Shown here piece after piece: positions 38,357 to 45,348 of a DNA stretch of 64,000 bases (position 1 is the first letter of the stretch; each line of letters starts with the position of its first letter). The stretch is from a virus (taxonomy: Duplodnaviria > Caudoviricetes), in IMG/VR virus record IMGVR_UViG_3300031992_000030; one strand, 5' to 3'. A program made the translations under genes and the position numbers. The notes beneath the pieces are model-generated. The model did not search any database and was not told the DNA's origin. It saw nothing but the letters and a program-made list of their open reading frames with translations.

Positions 38357-38433
38357 TGGTGTCTCCGGAGGGAGTTGAACCCTCAAAACCTGCGTCCTTA
38401 GCGCAGTACCTATGCCAATTCGGTTACGAAGAC
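38357..38433 (-). tRNA. tRNA-Leu(AAG), short variable loop
   Basis: CTGCG-CTAAGGA-CGCAG, Leu-type D-arm, CCA. Confidence 0.88.
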
Positions 38434-38544
38434 ATATAATGTCATTTGCTTTCTCACTCGCAAGTGGTTTAATGCTAACTGCCAATGACTTGACGGGGAG
38501 TAGGTTTTCATCTCCCGTGAACTCCTCGAAGTCCACCCGCTATT

Positions 38545-38620
38545 TGGTGACGCGTGCCGGACTCGAACCGACATCTCCAGCTTGAGAGGCTAGCCACCTA
38601 TTCCATTAGTAGAACGCGCC
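38545..38620 (-). tRNA. tRNA-Glu(CTC)
   Basis: CTAGC-CTCTCAA-GCTGG, CCA. Confidence 0.88.
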
Positions 38621-38624
38621 ATAT

Positions 38625-38700
38625 TGGTGCGGGTGACAGGGATCGAACCTGCGGCTTTCTGCTCCCAAAGCAGACACTCTTCCACCTGAGCTACACCCAC
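38625..38700 (-). tRNA. tRNA-Pro(TGG)
   Basis: TCTGC-TTTGGGA-GCAGA, CCA. Confidence 0.9.
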
Positions 38701-38742
38701 AAATAATTCCCGTCGTTTATTACGCTCTGACGGGTTGAGCCG

Positions 38743-38819
38743 TGGCTCCCGGAGTGGGACTTGAACCCACAAACCACCTGATTAACAGTCAGTTGCGCTA
38801 CCGATTGCGCCACCCGGGA
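38743..38819 (-). tRNA. tRNA-Asn(GTT)
   Basis: CTGTTAA loop, G73, CCA. Confidence 0.92.
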
Positions 38820-38857
38820 ATATTCGGAGCCGTTTAACGTCATTGCTCAGGACACGC

Positions 38858-38932
38858 TGGTTGCAGAGGTGGGAGTCGAACCCACTACCTCAAGGTTATG
38901 AGCCTTGTGAACAACCGTTGCTCTTCTCTGCT
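38858..38932 (-). tRNA. tRNA-Met(CAT), initiator-like
   Basis: CTCATAA loop, 1-72 mismatch (A/A), ACCA. Confidence 0.85.
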
Positions 38933-39168
38933 ATATTTCTTATCTTTTTTACATATATATTATAACAAATTTTTTCAAGTTTGTCAATAATGATTTTTTT
39001 AATAGGCTGTTTATCAAATCCATTTAACGTTTCGCATCGATGGGGGCCCAAATGTAGCTCAAATACAAGTCCGCCTAATCCATCAACCAAAAGCACCTTA
39101 ATTTATTATAATAAAATAGGTTATTGTTCCATTATCAACTACTTACAGGGTCCTCTTACCCAAGCCTG

Positions 39169-39247
39169 TGGTTGGGGTGGTGAGATTCGAACTCACGAAA
39201 ATACATGGGTCAAAGCCATGCGCCATTAACCACTAGGCGACACCCCA
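39169..39247 (-). tRNA. tRNA-Gln(TTG)
   Basis: CATGG-CTTTGAC-CCATG, CCA. Confidence 0.9.
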
Positions 39248-39261
39248 ATATTTTTAACAAT

Positions 39262-39339
39262 TGGTGGGTTTGAGGAGGCTCGAACTCCCGGCCCTCTGAT
39301 TAAAAGTCAGATGCTCTAACCAATCTGAGCTACAAACCC
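39262..39339 (-). tRNA. tRNA-Lys(TTT)
   Basis: TCTGA-CTTTTAA-TCAGA, CCA. Confidence 0.92.
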
Positions 39340-39436
39340 ATAAGATATGTTTACAAACGAAGAAGAAAAGTTTCAAAAAGAACTATCGTTTGTTGAGTTA
39401 CTTTTTATGAAAAATAAGTGAGGTACGAGATATTGT

Positions 39437-39521
39437 TGGTGCGAGTAACGGGAGTTGAACCCGTATGAATTTCTTCGATGAATTTTAAGTCCATTGTGTA
39501 TGCCAATTCCACCATACTCGC
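39437..39521 (-). tRNA. tRNA-Leu(TAA)
   Basis: CTTAAAA loop, variable arm, CCA. Confidence 0.92.
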
Positions 39522-39545
39522 ATATTGGAGAGGGCACGAGCCCTC

Positions 39546-39950
39546 TCAAACTTCATTTATTATTACTGTACCTGAGCCAAAGCAAATTATGTGTCTTTGT
39601 CCATCCTCATCATCAAAAAGTATCTGATTTGAATTGTATTCAACATCAAACTTACCTTGATATTCTTCAATTATATCACCATTAGCATCATATACAATAA
39701 CTTGTCTTTCAATGCCACCATTGAAATTGCTATCCTGTGTTTTAAGTGCTCTTGCACCATCTTCAGTATTACCATAATACCAAAAACCACCGGCCCATAT
39801 GGCAACAGTTATCGCCAAGGTAACAACAATAGAAATTATTGTTCCAATTATACTAGCGCCCATATCATAGGCTCCATATGCAATAAGACCACCGATAATC
39901 ACAATTACAACCGTAAATACGAGACAGGTAATAATTGCTCCAATTGTCAT
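39546..39950 (-). CDS. Two-TM membrane protein
   Basis: Two hydrophobic helices followed by a soluble beta domain. Confidence 0.7.
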   Translation of the reverse strand: MTIGAIITCLVFTVVIVIIGGLIAYGAYDMGASIIGTIISIVVTLAITVAIWAGGFWYYGNTEDGARALKTQDSNFNGGIERQVIVYDANGDIIEEYQGKFDVEYNSNQILFDDEDGQRHIICFGSGTVIINEV

Positions 39951-40189
39951 AGCAATCCATTCTCCTCTTCTTCCGCAACTTCTTTAGAGACAGCAGAACT
40001 CATCATATTAAAGAAAGTGATTGGGTCTACGTTATGGTCATCGCACCAAGTATGCACAACTGCACAAATGGCTGCGGCCAATCCGGTTTCAGAATTATAC
40101 TTACTAATGGCCCGAGTCAATTCGTCAAAATTCTCAAAATCAGGAATAAGTATGCTTTTAAGAAAGGTGTCAAAATCCATTTCATTCAT
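39947..40189 (-). CDS. Hypothetical protein
   Basis: Own sigmaA promoter; overlaps the next start. Confidence 0.55.
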   Translation of the reverse strand: MNEMDFDTFLKSILIPDFENFDELTRAISKYNSETGLAAAICAVVHTWCDDHNVDPITFFNMMSSAVSKEVAEEEENGLL

Positions 40190-40273
40190 AGGTATATACT
40201 CTCTTTCATTTTTCTTACATATATATTATATCATTTTTTTCTTTGTTTGTCAAGAAAGATTTTTCTGTGGAGA

Positions 40274-41770
40274 TTATTTCTCCACAAAAATCTGTGCATA
40301 TCTGTCACTTAAGATAGTAGCAAGCATAGCCTCATAAGGTGTCTTATCAAGGTTAGCAAGTAAAGTCTTAAATGTAGTTGCAGAATGACCTGACAAAAGT
40401 TGGACGCCCTTTCTGTTAGCATCTGCGTGGAATGTATTAGACTGACTATTTACATTCCAGAAGATAACGTTAGGGATTTCATAGCCATATACAGCAAACT
40501 TTCTTTTCCAATCATCATAGAATGTACCGGAAGTGCGAACCGCTCCGTTAATCTGCATATCAGAGATAATTACGAGTGCCTTAGGAAGTTCCTTAGCATT
40601 TACTCTATTTCTTACCGCAGTATCGAGAATTACCTCAAAAGCAGCGTCGAGGTTTGTAGACATATTCCAGTCTGCGCTAACCATATTACGAATTCTATCA
40701 CACACAGTTGCTCCTGCAATAGAAACCAACTTAGGTGAAGAAGAGAATGTCATAAACTTGTTATGGAAAGGGCCGGCCGCACGCTCTGCAAAATACATAG
40801 CCAAGCCTACTGAAGAAGCCAAAGGCAACTTATTGCAACAAGTCATTGAACCAGATACATCTGCCATAACAAGTACATTAGTACCATCTTCAACATAGTT
40901 AGGGAGAGCCTTCCACTGAGCCTCAAGTACTGAATCAGCAGGTATGTCGTTATAACCCCATATACTGCGGTTAAGATTCAAATACTTCTGAACAATATCA
41001 TAAGGGAAAAGGGTATTAGCCTTAATCTCCTTTTTACCAGAAGTCACGTCATTAAGATACTCAACAAATCTTTCGCCGTCCTTGTGGGAGAACAAGACAC
41101 GATACTTTGTCATAGCATTAGAAGGAACCTTATCATATGCAATAGTGCTAAACTCATTTGCAGAGATAGCGATCTCAACAATATTAAGGTACTTACGAAG
41201 TGCCTTAAGAGGTATCTTAAATGAACGAACATTCTTATATCCCAACTTCTGGGAAGTCAAAATGCCTAACTTACGAGTTGTAGGTGAAGATGCATCAGGT
41301 GTCTTGATCCACTTTGCAAGAAGTGAAACAGGCTTACCCGCGAGCATTGCCGCTCTATCCTTTTCAAACTGTGCCTTCATAACTTTCCACATATCATCTT
41401 CACACTTGGTTCCAATAAGGAAATACAAGTCATCAAAACGACCATAAAAGCCGATAAGGGCAATATTAGGTCTTACAATCTCAGGGTATCTATCTGCTGC
41501 ATATCTGAGCAAAGTACGGAAAGTATCTCTCTCTCCAAGTCCCTCACGAATATCTCTTCCATAGAAGAGAATCTTTGCGGCGAGCTCCTTGTCTTCTGCG
41601 CAGGCCTTGTCGAAAAGCTCGTATCTACGAGCATCGGAAGTATTACGAAGTGCTCCAATAGTTGCAAAAAGGTCTACAAGACCTTCTCCTGAAGATGATA
41701 AGCACTTTCTGCCATTAGCAGTATAAGTCCAAGAAGTTTCTCTGCCGAGTAAATCTGCAAAATTTGCCAT
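40274..41770 (-). CDS. DUF2828-type protein: TROVE/Ro60-like helical domain plus C-terminal vWA domain
   Basis: T.NG...SS...DLF, RDIR.GLGER, GRFDDL, SLLAKW, VPSNAM, TLFPYDIV, QW; MIDAS DVSGS, TFS, TNL, ISDMQ, FWNV. Confidence 0.85.
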   Translation of the reverse strand: MANFADLLGRETSWTYTANGRKCLSSSGEGLVDLFATIGALRNTSDARRYELFDKACAEDKELAAKILFYGRDIREGLGERDTFRTLLRYAADRYPEIVRPNIALIGFYGRFDDLYFLIGTKCEDDMWKVMKAQFEKDRAAMLAGKPVSLLAKWIKTPDASSPTTRKLGILTSQKLGYKNVRSFKIPLKALRKYLNIVEIAISANEFSTIAYDKVPSNAMTKYRVLFSHKDGERFVEYLNDVTSGKKEIKANTLFPYDIVQKYLNLNRSIWGYNDIPADSVLEAQWKALPNYVEDGTNVLVMADVSGSMTCCNKLPLASSVGLAMYFAERAAGPFHNKFMTFSSSPKLVSIAGATVCDRIRNMVSADWNMSTNLDAAFEVILDTAVRNRVNAKELPKALVIISDMQINGAVRTSGTFYDDWKRKFAVYGYEIPNVIFWNVNSQSNTFHADANRKGVQLLSGHSATTFKTLLANLDKTPYEAMLATILSDRYAQIFVEK

Positions 41771-41797
41771 TGTTTTTTCTCCTTTTCACTTTTCTGT

Positions 41798-41890
41798 TGG
41801 CGCCGCCTCTGGGACTCGAACCCAGACACCGTTTGACCAGCTACTACATGTTTTCAAGACACGTTCCTTACCAATTAGGATTAAAGCGGC
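41798..41890 (-). tRNA. tRNA-Ser(TGA)
   Basis: CTTGAAA loop, long variable arm, G73, CCA; lies between a promoter and the DUF2828-type gene. Confidence 0.9.
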
Positions 41891-41950
41891 ATATTCTTAA
41901 CTTTTGTATATATATTATATCAAAATTTTTAATCTTTGTCAATTAGAATT

Positions 41951-42109
41951 TTAATCAACGAGAGCATTTTTCTCCCTTATCTCTTTCTTGGCTTCATCAA
42001 GCCATTCACAATATTGAGTGAAAGAACACTCTGAATAAAAACAATTTGGTGAGTGTCTATGAGGACACAAACAACAATGTCTTATATAAACTATATCTTG
42101 AGCTTCCAT
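41951..42109 (-). CDS. Small Cys/His-rich protein (52 aa, below the ORF-track cutoff)
   Basis: MEAQDIVYIRHCCLCPHRHSPNC... with AAGGAG RBS. Confidence 0.5.
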   Translation of the reverse strand: MEAQDIVYIRHCCLCPHRHSPNCFYSECSFTQYCEWLDEAKKEIREKNALVD

Positions 42110-42138
42110 AGACACTCTCCTTTTTGTTTAGTTCTAAA

Positions 42139-42214
42139 TGGTACCTCCGACAGGACTCGAACCTGCAACTGACCGGTTCGTAGCCGGGTAGTCTTCCAAT
42201 TGGCTTACGGAGGC
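42139..42214 (-). tRNA. tRNA-Arg(ACG)
   Basis: CCGG-CTACGAA-CCGG, CCA. Confidence 0.88.
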
Positions 42215-42220
42215 ATATTA

Positions 42221-42344
42221 TGATGGAAACTGTTGGACTCGAACCAACACTACTGCGTCCCAAACTGCATAGAAAAATAGGTTGCTGTCTTAATCACAAA
42301 ATATGATTGTGTCATTAAGCGTGCTACCCTTACACCAAGTTCCC
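42221..42344 (-). ncRNA. Interrupted tRNA-Pro(TGG)-like RNA containing the ACAGCAA motif
   Basis: GGGAACT/AGTTTCC acceptor, D-arm, insert of about 47 nt with TGTGATTAAGACAGCAA, TTTGGGA loop, GTTGG-TTCGAGT-CCAAC, ends ATCA rather than ACCA. Confidence 0.7.
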
Positions 42345-42345
42345 A

Positions 42346-42423
42346 TGGTGCGTACACCCGGACTTGAACCGGGGACCTCTCGCTTATCAGACGAAAACTC
42401 TATACCAACTGAGCTATGTACGC
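42346..42423 (-). tRNA. tRNA-Ile(GAT)
   Basis: CTGATAA loop, CCA. Confidence 0.92.
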
Positions 42424-42470
42424 ATAAAATGCTGGTTTGGTTTAACCTCCTGAAACCAGCAAATGGGAGG

Positions 42471-42546
42471 TGGAGCTTCCGGTGGGGCACGATCCCACGA
42501 CCTAGTGATTACTAATCACTCGCTCTGCCAACTGAGCTACGGAAGC
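42471..42546 (-). tRNA. tRNA-Thr(AGT)
   Basis: AGTGA-TTAGTAA-TCACT, CCA; T-loop ATCGTGC. Confidence 0.87.
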
Positions 42547-42552
42547 ATTAGA

Positions 42553-42629
42553 TGGGGCCAGCGAAGGGACTTGAACCCTTACTTTCTTGATTACAAGTCA
42601 AGCACATTAGCCAATTATGTTACGCTGGC
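42553..42629 (-). tRNA. tRNA-Thr(TGT)
   Basis: CTTGA-CTTGTAA-TCAAG, CCA. Confidence 0.9.
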
Positions 42630-42634
42630 ATTTG

Positions 42635-42717
42635 ATGACCCCAAGAGCGGCTTCTTCAAAACCGCTTAAAAAACAATGGCGAAGAAAAAATCTAAATTGT
42701 TTTGCGGTTGAGGTCAT
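42635..42717 (-). ncRNA. CAGCAA-stem RNA (ACCGCAA variant)
   Basis: ATGACCTCA-ACCGCAAAA...GCGGTTT/AAGCCGC hairpin...TGGGGTCAT. Confidence 0.6.
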
Positions 42718-42725
42718 AAAAAAAT

Positions 42726-42883
42726 ATGATTGGTAGGGACTACTTAATCAGGTCTTTTGGCGAGTCTACCCCAGTAAGCCATTTCTGGACAAAAGTTTCG
42801 TAGGAACGATTTTAGCACTTTTGTCAACTTGCATTTCCCTATAAATCATCTGTAATAATAGGATTTGCTGTACAACCAATCAC
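42726..42883 (-). ncRNA. CAGCAA-stem RNA (long member)
   Basis: GTGATTGGT-TGTACAGCAAAT...internal hairpins (CCTAT/ATAGG, GACAAAAGT/ACTTTTGTC)...AAAAGACCTGA...ACCAATCAT. Confidence 0.65.
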
Positions 42884-42887
42884 TAAA

Positions 42888-42962
42888 TGGCGGTGATACG
42901 GGGAGTTGAACCCCGATCTACCGGCTGACAACCGGTTATAATGTCCGCTATACGATACCACC
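42888..42962 (-). tRNA. tRNA-Asp(GTC)
   Basis: ACCGG-TTGTCAG-CCGGT, G73, CCA. Confidence 0.9.
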
Positions 42963-43016
42963 ATATAAAATACTCCTTTTTTCCAATTTTGGCTGGAGGG
43001 TAAGGAGCCAACCAGA

Positions 43017-43094
43017 TGGTGACGCGTGCGGGATTTGAACCCAGCGAATACTGCCTTGAAAGGGCAGCGAGTTTGACCACTTCTCCAACGCGCC
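43017..43094 (-). tRNA. tRNA-Glu(TTC)
   Basis: CTGCC-CTTTCAA-GGCAG, CCA. Confidence 0.88.
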
Positions 43095-43099
43095 ATAAA

Positions 43100-43250
43100 C
43101 GATGGTCGGGTGGTTTTAAGTCATTATTCAACTCTACCTGTCCCGACTTACAGACCACCCAAAGTGTTAGCCGTTGAATAATGACTGTATAAGTTACTGG
43201 CTTATTTAACGTCCACGACCTTTAGAAACTTATTAGAAGGACAAACGCTT
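43100..43250 (-). ncRNA. Structured leader RNA of the tRNA operon
   Basis: 14-bp AGTCATTATTCAAC/GTTGAATAATGACT, GGGTGGT/ACCACCC, GTCC/GGAC-GTTAAA. Confidence 0.45.
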
Positions 43251-43333
43251 TATCATATCTCTTAACTTTCTTACATATATATTATATCATATTTTTTGAA
43301 AGTTGTCAATTACGATTTTTTGGTTAAGAATTT

Positions 43334-43467
43334 TTATCGGCTCACACGAGGCCAGGGGGATTTGAACCCCAGTTCTCTCTCTTTTGTAACGAGTATACGG
43401 CTAATCACTTTCGTTTACCTGCCACAGCTACCCCGATGCTGCATTCTGGCTTCCTATCAGCCGATAA
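43334..43467 (-). ncRNA. Independently promoted tRNA-like small RNA
   Basis: Terminal stem TTATCGGCT/AGCCGATAA, inner GCCAG/CTGGC, T-arm GGGG-TTCAAAT-CCCC; TTGACA..TATAAT promoter at 43484-43518. Confidence 0.6.
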
Positions 43468-43483
43468 CTTTCTTAACTTTTAT

Positions 43484-43518
43484 ATATATATTATATCATA
43501 AATTTTTCAATTTGTCAA
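43484..43518 (-). promoter_or_regulatory. Representative copy of the repeated sigmaA-type promoter TTGACAAA-N-TATGATATAATATATA
   Basis: Near-identical copies at about 1740, 6028, 10365, 14636, 32086, 34324, 35239, 37166, 38952, 40220, 41907, 43275, 44083, 44970, 48210, 49818, 49926, 51737, 53538, 54473, 56526, 57447, 58564, 59475, 59664, 59990 and 60262 (a few with TTGACG or TTTACA at -35). Confidence 0.85.
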
Positions 43519-43665
43519 TTAAAAGTTTTTTGTCTTACTTTTCCATCAGCATCTACTACAAAATAGTAGGTAGGTTTTATATTAAAAGGTAAGGCTTTAA
43601 TCTTTGCACAAACAGTATCAATTTGCTTTAAAGACAATTTACTAATTGAGCCAAAACTCATTAAC

Positions 43666-44055
43666 TCATTCCTCCTCTGACTTACCATACTTTTTAATAG
43701 TTTCATCCGGGTCTTGACAGAACATAAGGTCGAGTTCATCAGTAGAAATATCAGAAGCTTTTTCTTCATTTACTTCAGTTACTTTCCAACAAGTGGATTC
43801 ACTCTCTAAATCACAAAGAATTTCATCAAAATCGTCCCAATAATCTCCCTCATTATCATAATCACAAATATCAATTCTTTCTTCTGCCATTCTTCTATAT
43901 TCTTCTTCACAGTAAGAGTCAATGACATCAAAAGATAATTCAAGAGCATAATTACAAGCATCTTCATACGAAGAGCATTCTTTAACTCTATAAGTTTCTA
44001 TACCGTGAAGGCCTTCATACAATTGTTCAGCTGCCCAAATGAAATATCTTGCCAT
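43666..44055 (-). CDS. Acidic hypothetical protein
   Basis: Start at MARYF after promoter and RBS. Confidence 0.6.
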   Translation of the reverse strand: MARYFIWAAEQLYEGLHGIETYRVKECSSYEDACNYALELSFDVIDSYCEEEYRRMAEERIDICDYDNEGDYWDDFDEILCDLESESTCWKVTEVNEEKASDISTDELDLMFCQDPDETIKKYGKSEEE

Positions 44056-44151
44056 TTTTCTTACCTTCTTTCTTATCTTTTGTATATATATTATAACATA
44101 AAAATTTTTCTTTGTCAAAGAAGATTTTTTGATGGTGTATAAATATATAAA

Positions 44152-44946
44152 TTATTCCAATATCTCTTTTAACATCTTTGCCCTAAGAGGATTACGTAAT
44201 TTTCTATATGCTCTCATTTCTATCTGTCTAATACGCTCCTCACTTCTCTGAAATGTCTTAGCTATCTCTGCAATAGACTTTTCCTCAAAAAAGTGCATTG
44301 TAAGAATCTGTGCTTCTCTATCTGAGAGAGATCCAAATATCTTCTTGATCCTGTCCATACGATCCGCTTCTTCAGCCGCCGCAACCGGAGATTCAATAGA
44401 AGTATCCTCAATCAATACATCAAAACCATCATCTTCATCATCACTAATTTGAGCATTTAAACTTGTAGGCTCATGCATCAAAACCATCAATTCTTTTACT
44501 TTATCAAGTTCGAACTTAGTCTTGTCTGCTATTTCTTCATCTCTTGGTTCTCTCTGTAAAGTCGCATATAACTCTCTCTTAGCATCTTTAATTTTCTTCA
44601 AATCAGCACTTACATTTTCAGGTCTTGTAATCATATGTCCCTGTTCATATAATGCTCTTGTTATTCTCTGTCTTATCCACCAAGTGGCGTGTGTACTAAA
44701 CCTACATCCTCTTTCGGGATTATATCTCTTTGCCGCTTCAATGAGGCCTACATTTCCCTCTTGGATTAAATCCAAAAGGGAAAGACCTCTATTCATAAAC
44801 TTCTTTGCAATAGAAACGACCAATCTCAAGTTACTATTTATTAACTTTTCTGTATCTCCTGATTTCGCAGCCTCTACTTCTTCACCAAAAGTAAGAAGAG
44901 GAAACTGAGAAATTTCTTTCAGATACATCTGAATAGATTCGTCCAT
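44152..44946 (-). CDS. RNA polymerase sigma-70 factor (RpoD-like, regions 1.2-4)
   Basis: YLKEI, NLRLVVSIAKK, DLIQEGNVGL, RFSTHATWWIRQ, ERIRQIE..A.RKLR. Confidence 0.95.
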   Translation of the reverse strand: MDESIQMYLKEISQFPLLTFGEEVEAAKSGDTEKLINSNLRLVVSIAKKFMNRGLSLLDLIQEGNVGLIEAAKRYNPERGCRFSTHATWWIRQRITRALYEQGHMITRPENVSADLKKIKDAKRELYATLQREPRDEEIADKTKFELDKVKELMVLMHEPTSLNAQISDDEDDGFDVLIEDTSIESPVAAAEEADRMDRIKKIFGSLSDREAQILTMHFFEEKSIAEIAKTFQRSEERIRQIEMRAYRKLRNPLRAKMLKEILE

Positions 44947-45021
44947 TCAATTTCTCCTTTATCTCATTCTATATTTATATTATATCATAAATAATAATAC
45001 TTGTCAAGAGAAATTTTTCCA

Positions 45022-45348
45022 TCAAAGACCAAACTTTGCCAACATATTTGCCAAGTTATCCATTTCCTCCTGAGAAGGCTCTGTTGGAGTGGGCGCGGCC
45101 GTTGGTGTGGGGGTCTCCTCCCACGGGGGCGTTGCGTCCGAAGTAACAAGATTAGATGTCGCCGGTGCGGCCGGGGTCGCCCCAACCATGTTCTTGACTC
45201 CGGTGAGTGAGATCGCGATCTGGACCTTTTCGCCTCCATCGTCTGCCCACACATAAATCTTCTTATCTTGGGTCGTGATGTACGCATCACCGAACGCCGC
45301 AATAATCTGCTTTTCTACTGCCTCTTTCGCTGTACTGAATTTAGCCAT
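45022..45348 (-). CDS. Hypothetical phage protein with Pro/Thr linker
   Basis: 108 aa, abuts the upstream stop codon. Confidence 0.65.
   Translation of the reverse strand: MAKFSTAKEAVEKQIIAAFGDAYITTQDKKIYVWADDGGEKVQIAISLTGVKNMVGATPAAPATSNLVTSDATPPWEETPTPTAAPTPTEPSQEEMDNLANMLAKFGL

Noticed and set aside
32298-43094. Stop-codon reassignment or suppressor tRNA
   Set aside because: Long genes are intact in the standard code, TAG and TGA both end genes, and no CTA/TCA/TTA anticodon tRNA was found
32298-43094. HDV-like (theta) ribozymes 3' of tRNAs
   Set aside because: The trailers form simple H-type pseudoknots; I could not find the nested double pseudoknot with the L3 and J4/2 consensus
43160-43250. 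Pistol ribozyme (stem followed by GUUAAAU, then a second stem with a pseudoknot partner)
   Set aside because: The conserved GCG junction, P3 helix and GU cleavage site could not be placed; kept only as an unidentified structured RNA
35414-43592. Short ORF-track calls overlapping tRNA and ncRNA genes (e.g. 36883-37152, 38024-38224, 42839-43096)
   Set aside because: Translations of tRNA sequence without RBS; treated as spurious
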